Source of the DNA: Pseudoalteromonas tetraodonis
Lineage (GTDB): Bacteria; Pseudomonadota; Gammaproteobacteria; Enterobacterales; Alteromonadaceae
NCBI RefSeq assembly: GCF_002310835.1
Contig: NZ_CP011041.1
Span: forward strand, 1,020,001 to 1,052,000
Direction: 5' to 3'
DNA length: 32,000 nt
Below, piece by piece: positions 16,646 to 24,664 of the stretch. The notes beneath the pieces were generated by a model that saw nothing but the letters and a program-made list of their open reading frames with translations, did no database searches and was not told the DNA's origin. The position numbers and the translations under genes are program-made. Position 1 is the stretch's first letter. Each line of letters opens with the position of its first letter.

Positions 16646-18781
16646 TTAATCAACTAAACCACGGCGCTTAAGCAGGGCGTCAGTGGTTGGTTTTTGGCCT
16701 CTAAACTCAATGTAGCTTTGCATTAAGTCACGGCTATTACCTTTTGATAGGATCTCTTTACGGAACTTATCGCCATTTTCGCGCGTTAAGCCACCGTTGT
16801 TTTCCATGTGAGCAAACGCATCGGCTGCAAATACTTCAGTCCACAGGTAAGCGTAGTAACCCGCTGAGTAACCACCTGCAAACGTATGGCTAAAGTAGTT
16901 TGATTTATAACGCGGTGGAACAGGGTAGTAATCAATACCATGTGCCTTTAATGCGTCACTTTCAAACTGCTGTACGTCAGTTACTTTCTTATCAGAACCA
17001 AATGAGTGCCATTCCATATCCAGTAGTGCTGCTGCTAAATATTCAGTGGTACCAAAACCTTGGTTGAACTTTTGCGACTCAAGTACTTTATCAAGTAGTG
17101 CTTGAGGAATTGGCTCTCCAGTTTTGTAATGTTTAGCGTAGTTAGCAAGTACCGTTGGTTCAATCATCCAATCTTCGTGTGCTTGTGATGGAAATTCAAC
17201 AAAGTCACGTGCTGTTGCAGTACCTGCCAGGCTTGGGTATTTAACGTCAGAGAATAAACCGTGTGCCGCATGACCAAACTCGTGGAACATAGTTGATACT
17301 TCATCAAACGTCATGAGTGTTGGCTCGCCTTCAGCCGGCTTTGGAATGTTTTGTGCGTTGTAAATGACAGGTTTAGTGCCTTTTAAGCCGCTTTGGCTTA
17401 CGTATGCACTCATCCATGCACCGCCACGCTTACCTTCACGTGCATATGGGTCCATGTAAAATAAACCAATGGCGCTGCCATCGGCGTTAAATACTTCAAA
17501 TGCCATTACATCGTCGTGGTAAACCGGCAGGTCTTTACGCTCTTTAAAGGTAATACCGTAAAGTTTTTCCATAGCGAAGAACAGGCCGTTATGGATAACC
17601 GACTGCATTTCAAAATAAGGCTTAACTAAGGCTGGATCTAGGTCGTATTTTTCAGCGCGTACTTTTTCTGCGTAGAAAGACCAATCCCATGGTTTAAGTT
17701 CAAAGTTTTCACCCGAATCATTAATTACTTTTTGAATTGCTTGTGCTTCTGCTTTCGCTTTTTCAACGGCTTTTGGCGCTAAGTCATCTAAAATGCCGTA
17801 CACGTTATCAGTAGTTTGCGCCATGCGTGAAGTCATTACATAAGAAGCCCAATCTTTAAAGCCTAACAGTTCTGCTTTTTGTGCGCGCAGGTTAGTTTCT
17901 TTAATAATGATAGGGCCATTTGTTTTAGCAGCACGATTGGTTGATGCTTTAAAAATTTGCTCACGTAGTTCGCGATTTTCAAGGCTTGCTAAAATAGGTT
18001 GTTGCGTGGTGTTCACTAAGGTGATCATGTAGCCATCTTTGCCTGCTTTTTCAGCAGCGGCTGCAAGACCGGCAATTTCACCTTCAGATAAACCCGCTAA
18101 TTTGCTTTTATCTGTTACTAAAATGACATCTTCTTTAAACGATTTTAATACGTTTTGAGAAAACTCAGTTGATAGTTTTGCAAGCTCTGCGTTGATTTCA
18201 CGCATTTTTGCTTTTTCAGCATCGTTTAATTTTGCACCGGCTTTTACAAACTGTTTGTAGTAAAAATCGACTAGGCGTTGATCTTCAGCGCTTAACTTAT
18301 CTTTATTGTCGTATACCGTTTGTACACGTTTAAACAATGCACCATTTAAATAAATGTCATCAGAGTGAGCCGAGAAAACTGGCGCCATTTTTTTATCAAT
18401 ACGTTGGTATTCATCGTTTGAGATAAGGCCAGATAAGTTATAAAACGCAGCTGATGCGCGGTTTAGTAGCTCGCCTGCCAGTTCCATTTCAACTAAAGTG
18501 TTTTCAAAAGTGGCTGGCGCTGGGTTGTTGGCAATTGCCAATATTTCTGCATTGTGCTGTGCAATCCCTGCATCAAATGCGGCTTCGTATTCAGTCGTAC
18601 CAAACTTATCAAACTCAGGTGCCATGTATTGAAGTGGACTTGGTTTGAACAACACATTGCTTGCGTTAATGTCTTGAACTTGTGCTGTGCTTTGTTGTTT
18701 TGTTTCTTGGGTGCTTTCAGAAGAACAGGCAGATAATAAAAGTGCACTAGCAATCGTAGTGGCAATCAGTGTTTTACGCAT
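16646..18781 (-). CDS. dcp: Peptidyl-dipeptidase Dcp (M3-family zinc metallopeptidase), lipoprotein form
   Basis: 711-aa ORF with lipobox LLLSACS, zinc motif HEFGHAAH, and length and collinearity typical of Dcp. Confidence 0.9.
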   Translation of the reverse strand: MRKTLIATTIASALLLSACSSESTQETKQQSTAQVQDINASNVLFKPSPLQYMAPEFDKFGTTEYEAAFDAGIAQHNAEILAIANNPAPATFENTLVEMELAGELLNRASAAFYNLSGLISNDEYQRIDKKMAPVFSAHSDDIYLNGALFKRVQTVYDNKDKLSAEDQRLVDFYYKQFVKAGAKLNDAEKAKMREINAELAKLSTEFSQNVLKSFKEDVILVTDKSKLAGLSEGEIAGLAAAAEKAGKDGYMITLVNTTQQPILASLENRELREQIFKASTNRAAKTNGPIIIKETNLRAQKAELLGFKDWASYVMTSRMAQTTDNVYGILDDLAPKAVEKAKAEAQAIQKVINDSGENFELKPWDWSFYAEKVRAEKYDLDPALVKPYFEMQSVIHNGLFFAMEKLYGITFKERKDLPVYHDDVMAFEVFNADGSAIGLFYMDPYAREGKRGGAWMSAYVSQSGLKGTKPVIYNAQNIPKPAEGEPTLMTFDEVSTMFHEFGHAAHGLFSDVKYPSLAGTATARDFVEFPSQAHEDWMIEPTVLANYAKHYKTGEPIPQALLDKVLESQKFNQGFGTTEYLAAALLDMEWHSFGSDKKVTDVQQFESDALKAHGIDYYPVPPRYKSNYFSHTFAGGYSAGYYAYLWTEVFAADAFAHMENNGGLTRENGDKFRKEILSKGNSRDLMQSYIEFRGQKPTTDALLKRRGLVD

Positions 18782-19070
18782 AATAACTCCATAAAAAATA
18801 GTAGCCGAAATAGGCTTTTCGAGTCGAAAACCCAGTTAACTTACCAAATTTTGACTTATATACAACAAAGTTTATCGATTTAAAGCGGGATTTAAACGCA
18901 AATTAGGTGATAAAAACTCGGTATGTAAATAAAAAAGTAGAAAAATACAGCAATTATGCAATTAGCTTTAAATTTGTTGCTGCGTATTTAAGCTAACCGC
19001 ATGCTAAACTTGGGGTATTATTAGCGCATAAAAATAATCGTTTGTGTGCGACCTTACACATGGAAAATCA

Positions 19071-19943
19071 ATGAACTTAGAACAAATTAATCACATTCTC
19101 GCCTTCGTATTGTTTAGCTACAACGACATTCACATTACCGTGGCAAAAGTAATTCAAGTGCCGCTAATTTTGTTTACTATGTGGGTTGTGGTGACTCAGA
19201 TTGGCAAGTTAATTAAAAAGTCATTACTTGCACGAAAAATGAGCCCAGATGCAGTACATTTATTCACGCGTTTTTATTTTATTTTAAGTATTGCGATTTT
19301 ACTTTTTACCTCCCTTGAGGTGCTCAACATTCCACTAACCGCATTTGCCTTTGTATCGGGTGCTATTGCCATTGGTGTAGGGTTCGGTGCACAAAATATT
19401 ATTAATAACTTTATTAGTGGCTGGATATTAATGTGGGAGCGGCCAATCCGTATTGGTGACTTTTTAGAGGTTGGCACTGCAAAAGGGGTGGTTGAAACCA
19501 TTAATACTCGCTCTACTCGTATTCGCAGGAACGACGGTGTTCATATGCTAATACCCAATAGCCAGTTATTAGAAAACACTGTAACCAACTGGACGCTTAT
19601 TGACGGTAATGCGCGCTCATCTGTGAGCGTAGGCGTAGCTTATGGCTCTGATGTATTACTGGTTAAAAAGTTAATTCAGCAAGTATTAGATGAACATGAG
19701 GCAATATTGGCAACGCCTCAATCAACCGTATTGTTTGATGACTTTGCCGACAGCTCGCTGGTCTTTAATGCTATTTTTTGGGTGTGCGCTGAATCTGAAA
19801 CTCGCTTAAGACAAGTGCGCAGTGATATTCGCTTTAGTATTTATGAAGTGTTTGAACAACACGATGTGGTGATTGCATTCCCGCAGCGAGATATTCATAT
19901 TGATGGTGAAATTGCACTGACGCGTTCTTTAGTGAAAAAGTAG
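19071..19943 (+). CDS. MscS-family mechanosensitive ion channel
   Basis: The track ORF begins at GTG 19044. I prefer ATG 19071 (MNLEQINH...). It has three N-terminal TM helices followed by the MscS beta-domain motif ERPIRIGDFLEVGTAKGVVETINTRSTRIRRNDGVHMLIPNSQL. Confidence 0.85.
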   Translation: MNLEQINHILAFVLFSYNDIHITVAKVIQVPLILFTMWVVVTQIGKLIKKSLLARKMSPDAVHLFTRFYFILSIAILLFTSLEVLNIPLTAFAFVSGAIAIGVGFGAQNIINNFISGWILMWERPIRIGDFLEVGTAKGVVETINTRSTRIRRNDGVHMLIPNSQLLENTVTNWTLIDGNARSSVSVGVAYGSDVLLVKKLIQQVLDEHEAILATPQSTVLFDDFADSSLVFNAIFWVCAESETRLRQVRSDIRFSIYEVFEQHDVVIAFPQRDIHIDGEIALTRSLVKK

Positions 19944-20120
19944 TATCTAGAAAGTACCGCTTTATTTAGCTATATTTTTTAATAATTCATTGTAAGGACA
20001 TATGTCCGCTTTTTGGCTGTTTAGTTGCTAAAAGTACACTAAAAGTCGGGATAGTGCGCTTAAGTGTTAAAAATAAGTTTATATTTTTAACGCTCAGTAT
20101 GCGGTAAATTAATTACAGCA

Positions 20121-20129
20121 TGGTATAAT
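20121..20129 (+). promoter_or_regulatory. Extended -10 promoter element (TGgTATAAT) for the TonB-dependent receptor
   Basis: TGGTATAAT at 20121-20129. The -35 region (about 20101-20106, GCGGTA) is poor, which is consistent with an extended -10 promoter. There is no experimental support. Confidence 0.4.
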
Positions 20130-20135
20130 CTCGCG

Positions 20136-20224
20136 CATTCAGTCAGCCTTATTTATGCCGTTTTTGTACTCTCGGTAATAAGGTCCGCGCCGCATAGAGC
20201 AAGTCGCGAAAAATTGACTGAATC
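20136..20224 (+). promoter_or_regulatory. Structured 5' leader (nested helices) of the TonB-dependent receptor mRNA; class unknown
   Basis: A closing helix ATTCAGTCA (20137-20145) / TGACTGAAT (20215-20223) encloses CCTTATT (20147-20153) / AATAAGG (20177-20183) and a weak CGCG (20186-20189) / CGCG (20205-20208). Confidence 0.35.
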
Positions 20225-20291
20225 CGTAATTATTTAATTGCGCAACACATCAACCGTTGAACAAGAGTGCACTAAAAAGGTTAACCCCGAC

Positions 20292-22556
20292 ATGAAAGCA
20301 ATGAAAAGATCTACGTTAGCAACCCTTATCAATGCAACGTTGTTCTCTGCCGTAGCAGGTACTTCAATTTCAGCTGTAGCTGCTGAGCAAGAAACTACTG
20401 CTAAGAAGAACCAACTAGAAGTTATTCAAGTAACTGCTCGTAAACGAGTAGAAAACGCTCAAGAAGTACCTGTTGCTGTTTCAGCCCTGCAAGGCGACAG
20501 TTTAGATGCTTACAGCTCAGCTGGTATGGATATTCGTTTTATGAATGCGAAAATCCCAAGTTTATCTATTGAATCTTCATTTGGCCGTTCATTCCCACGC
20601 TTTTATGTACGTGGTTTAGGTAATACTGATTTCGATTTGAATGCTTCGCAACCAGTGTCGCTTGTGGTTGATGAAATTGTACAAGAAAACGCAATCTTAA
20701 AAGGTTTTCCTGTATTTGACGTAGCACGTGTTGAAGTGCTTCGTGGTCCTCAAGGTACATTATTTGGTCGTAATACACCGGCTGGTCTAGTTAAATTTGA
20801 TACCGTAAAACCAAGTCAAGAATTTGAAGGCTATGGCTCTGTATCTTACGGTAGTCGTGGTGCTGTTGATTTTGAAGGTGCTGTTGGTGGTTCATTAACA
20901 GACCGTTTATCAACGCGTGTTTCAGTACTTTGGCAAGATAAAGACGATTACATTGATAATCGTGCACCAGGTTTTGAGCAAAAAGATGCCTTAGGTGGTT
21001 ACACTGAACAAGCAGCCCGTATTCAATTTTTATATGAAGGTGATGATTTCACTGGATTATTAAACTACCATGTTCGTGATTTAGATGGCTCTCCAATTGC
21101 CTTTCGTGCCAATACTATCAAGCCTGGTACTAACGATTTAGTTGATGGTTTTGAAAATGACGTGGTGTATCACGATGCCGCATCTCGTGCGACGCAGCAA
21201 GTGGAATCGCAAGGTGCAAGCCTTAAGCTTGAGTGGGACTTAGCTAACCATACATTAACGTCAATCTCTGGTTGGGAAAGTGCAGAAATTTACTCTCGTG
21301 CTGACATCGATGGTGGTTTTGATTCATCTGGTATTCCTGGTTATATGGGTCCAGGTTCTACTCCTTTTTCTTCAGAAAGTGCTGATGGTATTCCAGACCA
21401 AGACCAATATACACAAGAACTTCGCTTATCAAGTAACTTTGCCGGTGATGTTAACTATCAAGTGGGTGTTTTTTACTTCGACGAAGCATTAACAATTGAA
21501 AACTTTAGCTATGATACAGCCAATAATGGCGTATTGAATGGGTTTGTTAGTCAGCAGCAAGACACTAAAGCGTGGGCAGTATTCGGCTCAGTTGATTACA
21601 CCATTACTGATGATTTGAAAGTAACCGCGGGCCTTCGTTATTCAGATGATGAGAAAGAGTTCTCAGCAAATCGTACATTTGGTCCATTACCAGGTGAGGC
21701 AGGTGCTCCATTATTTATTGAGCGTGATGTAAGTGATGATCACGTAAGCTGGGACTTATCAGCTAACTATAAAATCAATGATGATGTAAATTGGTATGGC
21801 CGCATTGCTAACAGTTTCCGCGCACCGAGTCTTCAAGGTCGTATCTTATTTGGTAGTGAAGTAACCGTTGCTGATTCAGAGACTGTTACGTCATACGAGA
21901 CAGGTATTAAATCTGATGTGTTAGATGGTCAAGGCCGTGTTAACGCAACGATATTTTATTACACCATGGACGACCAACAGCTAACAGCTGTAGGTGGTGG
22001 TGCTAACTTTAACCGTTTATTAAATGCTGATAAAACAACTGGCTACGGTTTTGAGCTTGATTCTGAGTGGGTGTTAAGTGATGAACTAAATGCTACGTTT
22101 AATTTAAGCTACAACAAAACTGAGCTTAAAGACGATACTCTTAGTATTGCTGCACCAAGTCGATTGGAGCTTTTAGATCCAATCATCAATGGTCAAGCTA
22201 TGCTTGATGGTAACAGCTTACCGCATGCTCCAGAGTGGATCTCTAACATCACACTTCGTTACACTAAAGAACTCGCTGAAGGTGAATTCTTCACTTACGC
22301 TGATGTGTCGTACCGCAGTGAAATTGACTTTTTCTTATATGAATCAGTTGAGTTTGAAGGTAAGCCACTAACAGAAGTAGGTCTACGTGCTGGTTATGCA
22401 TGGGCACAAGGCGACTACGAATATGAAGTATCAGCATTCGTGCGTAACCTATTTGACGAGCAACAAGCAATTGGTGGTGTTGATTTCAACAACAACACAG
22501 CAATGGTTAACGAAGAGCGTTACATTGGTGCTGAATTTAAAGTTAACTTTTTCTAA
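20292..22556 (+). CDS. TonB-dependent outer-membrane receptor; substrate unknown
   Basis: The track ORF starts at 20238. I prefer ATG 20292 (MKAMKRSTLATL...), which gives a signal peptide ending AVAAEQ. It has a plug domain (VEVLRGPQGTLFGRNTPAGLV), a long beta-barrel, and a C-terminal aromatic residue (…KVNFF). Confidence 0.9.
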   Translation: MKAMKRSTLATLINATLFSAVAGTSISAVAAEQETTAKKNQLEVIQVTARKRVENAQEVPVAVSALQGDSLDAYSSAGMDIRFMNAKIPSLSIESSFGRSFPRFYVRGLGNTDFDLNASQPVSLVVDEIVQENAILKGFPVFDVARVEVLRGPQGTLFGRNTPAGLVKFDTVKPSQEFEGYGSVSYGSRGAVDFEGAVGGSLTDRLSTRVSVLWQDKDDYIDNRAPGFEQKDALGGYTEQAARIQFLYEGDDFTGLLNYHVRDLDGSPIAFRANTIKPGTNDLVDGFENDVVYHDAASRATQQVESQGASLKLEWDLANHTLTSISGWESAEIYSRADIDGGFDSSGIPGYMGPGSTPFSSESADGIPDQDQYTQELRLSSNFAGDVNYQVGVFYFDEALTIENFSYDTANNGVLNGFVSQQQDTKAWAVFGSVDYTITDDLKVTAGLRYSDDEKEFSANRTFGPLPGEAGAPLFIERDVSDDHVSWDLSANYKINDDVNWYGRIANSFRAPSLQGRILFGSEVTVADSETVTSYETGIKSDVLDGQGRVNATIFYYTMDDQQLTAVGGGANFNRLLNADKTTGYGFELDSEWVLSDELNATFNLSYNKTELKDDTLSIAAPSRLELLDPIINGQAMLDGNSLPHAPEWISNITLRYTKELAEGEFFTYADVSYRSEIDFFLYESVEFEGKPLTEVGLRAGYAWAQGDYEYEVSAFVRNLFDEQQAIGGVDFNNNTAMVNEERYIGAEFKVNFF

Positions 22557-22590
22557 TCGATAAATTTAACGTTAAATTGTAATTATTGAT

Positions 22591-22618
22591 AAAAGCCTGC
22601 CTAGTGCAGGCTTTTTTA
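22591..22618 (+). terminator. Rho-independent terminator of the TonB-dependent receptor gene
   Basis: AGCCTGC (22594-22600), loop CTAGT, GCAGGCT (22606-22612), then a T-run. Confidence 0.8.
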
Positions 22619-22671
22619 TTTTTGTAGAGCTGCTAAAGTAGCGCTCATATGTTTATTAAAGAGAAAAAGTA

Positions 22672-22971
22672 ATGGCTGGATTTTGGAATTACCGTGTAAT
22701 TTTTTGTGAAGCAACCAAAGATGAAGCGGCGCAATATCAAATACATGAAGTGGAATATAACCTAAATGGTAAAGTAACTAACTGGTCAGAAACGGGGGCA
22801 GCGCCGTTTGGTACTTCGTTAGATGAACTAAAAGATGATGCTGAGCGCTTAAAAACCGCATTTGAAAAACCCGTACTTAAAGTGATGCGCAAAGCCCGTG
22901 GTTACGAGTTAGTTGATGTAAACACCGGTGAAGACGCTTATGCTGAGCCGCCAGCAGGCTTGACTGAGTAA
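22672..22971 (+). CDS. Hypothetical small acidic cytoplasmic protein (99 aa), monocistronic
   Basis: ORF with ATG at 22672 after an AGAGAAAAAG purine tract. It is bracketed by terminators at 22591-22618 and 22984-23006. I recognise no motif. Confidence 0.55.
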   Translation: MAGFWNYRVIFCEATKDEAAQYQIHEVEYNLNGKVTNWSETGAAPFGTSLDELKDDAERLKTAFEKPVLKVMRKARGYELVDVNTGEDAYAEPPAGLTE

Positions 22972-22983
22972 CACACATTAATG

Positions 22984-23006
22984 AAAGGTGCTTAGGCACC
23001 TTTTTT
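22984..23006 (+). terminator. Rho-independent terminator of the 99-aa ORF
   Basis: GGTGC (22987-22991), loop TTAG, GCACC (22996-23000), then TTTTTT (23001-23006). Confidence 0.7.
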
Positions 23007-23051
23007 AATATTCAGGGCATAGGCTAAACAGCTAAATTACAAGGAGAAGGT

Positions 23052-23708
23052 ATGTCTATTGAAGCGGTATTATTTGATATGGATGGCACGTTAGTTGATT
23101 CTGAAAGTGTGCATTATATCTGTTGGAGCCAATTACTTGCGCCTTTTGGTGTGCGTTATGACGAAGATGATTTTTGTCAGCGCTTTTCTGGGCGCCCCAC
23201 AATTGACGCTGCAAAGGAAATAAAACAAACCCATAACTTGTCTGTGAGTAGTCGCTATTTAGCGGATGAAAAATACCGTTTGTTTAGCAAATTCGTTCAA
23301 ACCAATTTACCGCCTTTAATGCCTTATGCTGCAGATATTTTATTCGCGGTTAAAGAGCAAGGCTTAAAAATGGCGTTAGTAACAGGCAGCGCACGCCATG
23401 AAGCTGAGCCAATACTAAAAGGATTAGGGTTTTATGATTTATTTGATACGGTGGTTACAAAAGACGATGTAACCAATCCAAAGCCTGCCGGTGATCCCTA
23501 TTTATTAGCACTTAAAAATATGCAGGTCGCTGCAAAAAATGCGATTGCCGTTGAAGATACCTTCACTGGCGTAACAGCAGCAAACAATGCAGCCTTAGCC
23601 GTTGTAGCTATTGCTAATAAGCACACTGAGCAGCACGACTTCAGTAAAGCAACACAGCAAATGCATAACCTTGAAGAATTTTGGCAATGGCTTCAATCTC
23701 AACTATAG
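23052..23708 (+). CDS. HAD-superfamily hydrolase (beta-phosphoglucomutase / sugar-phosphatase-like subfamily IA)
   Basis: 218-aa ORF with motif I FDMDGTLVDSE, motif II VTGS, and motif III/IV K...EDTFTG. Confidence 0.85.
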   Translation: MSIEAVLFDMDGTLVDSESVHYICWSQLLAPFGVRYDEDDFCQRFSGRPTIDAAKEIKQTHNLSVSSRYLADEKYRLFSKFVQTNLPPLMPYAADILFAVKEQGLKMALVTGSARHEAEPILKGLGFYDLFDTVVTKDDVTNPKPAGDPYLLALKNMQVAAKNAIAVEDTFTGVTAANNAALAVVAIANKHTEQHDFSKATQQMHNLEEFWQWLQSQL

Positions 23709-23742
23709 TTTAAGCCATATTTAAATTTGCAAGGATGCAGTT

Positions 23743-24585
23743 ATGGTTACTATTCAAAGATACCTATTTATTTTTTTTACGCTTTTTAGTGCGAGTTTAT
23801 TAGCGCAATTGCCGCAGGTGCAACTCGCTGATGTTTATGATGAAACTAAGCATAACGATATTCGCCAATATTTGGTGAGTGAAAAGTTTGACGGCGTTAG
23901 AGCAATATGGACGGGGAAACAATTTGTTACCCGCCAAGGTAATCCAATTAATCCTCCTAAGTGGTTTACCGCCCCTTTGCCTGATGTTTGGTTAGACGGT
24001 GAGTTATGGACCAAGCGGGGTCAATTTTCTGTTCTCAGTGGTATTGTTAGAACAAAAATACCCAACGACTTACTCTGGCAAACAGTGACTTATCAAGTAT
24101 TTGATATGCCAGATACAAACACGCCTTTTCATCGTCGCTATCAAAATTACCTGTCACTCATTACTAAGTTAAATAGCTCACATATTAAGGCGGTTAAGCA
24201 ATATCAATTTAGCGACAATCAGCAACTAAGTGATTACTTTAATGAGGTCACCAAACAAGGCGGGGAGGGCGTTATGCTTCATTTAGCAGAGGCTAAGCAT
24301 ACGAGTGGTCGCTCTAGTGCATTGTTAAAACTCAAACCTTATTTGGATGCTGAAGCGCTAGTTATTGAATATTTACCAGGTAAAGGTAAATACACAGGTA
24401 TGCTCGGGGCATTGCGAGTGCAAACCAAGCAAGGCGTAACCTTTTCTATTGGCACGGGCTTTAGTGATGAAGAACGCAAGCGTCCGCCAGCCATTGGTTC
24501 AACAATCACTTATCGATACCACGGATACACTAAAAATGGTTTACCGCGTTTTGCTAGCTTTTTGCGAGAAAGACCCGAAAAATAA
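23743..24585 (+). CDS. Minimal ATP-dependent DNA ligase with N-terminal signal peptide (Lig E-type, predicted periplasmic)
   Basis: 280-aa ORF with a hydrophobic leader MVTIQRYLFIFFTLFSASLLAQ. Nucleotidyltransferase motifs: I KFDGVRA (Lys48, codon 23884-23886), III LDGELW, IIIa YQVFDM, IV EGVMLH, V LLKLKP. An OB-fold segment (GALRV...FSIGTGFSDEER) follows. Confidence 0.85.
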   Translation: MVTIQRYLFIFFTLFSASLLAQLPQVQLADVYDETKHNDIRQYLVSEKFDGVRAIWTGKQFVTRQGNPINPPKWFTAPLPDVWLDGELWTKRGQFSVLSGIVRTKIPNDLLWQTVTYQVFDMPDTNTPFHRRYQNYLSLITKLNSSHIKAVKQYQFSDNQQLSDYFNEVTKQGGEGVMLHLAEAKHTSGRSSALLKLKPYLDAEALVIEYLPGKGKYTGMLGALRVQTKQGVTFSIGTGFSDEERKRPPAIGSTITYRYHGYTKNGLPRFASFLRERPEK

Positions 24586-24664
24586 AGAGTGTAGGCCAAT
24601 TCAGTATATATTTTTTAGCAATTATGCTAAATTGCGCGGCCTTTTTGGTAATGTTTGGTGATCT

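Noticed and set aside
19996-20007. Perfect 12-bp palindrome GGACATATGTCC followed by GCTTTTT, considered as the terminator of the MscS gene
   Set aside because: As RNA it would leave only a 2-nt loop, so the hairpin is sterically implausible as drawn, and the U-run is separated from the stem. It may be a protein-binding site or chance, and I have no further support.
20130-20291. Cobalamin or TPP riboswitch, or a Fur box, controlling the TonB-dependent receptor
   Set aside because: I found no B12-box-like element and no TPP CUGAGA / ACCUGAUCUGGAUAAUGCCAGCG-like element in the leader. The only Fur-like string (TAATAATTCATTGT, about 19979-19993) is a weak match and lies about 130 nt upstream of the putative -10. 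The leader is kept only as an unclassified structured element.
24449-24661. 70-aa ORF overlapping the 3' end of the ligase gene and the ligase-yegD spacer
   Set aside because: It is out of frame with the well-supported ligase C-terminus, has no Shine-Dalgarno site, and has arbitrary composition.
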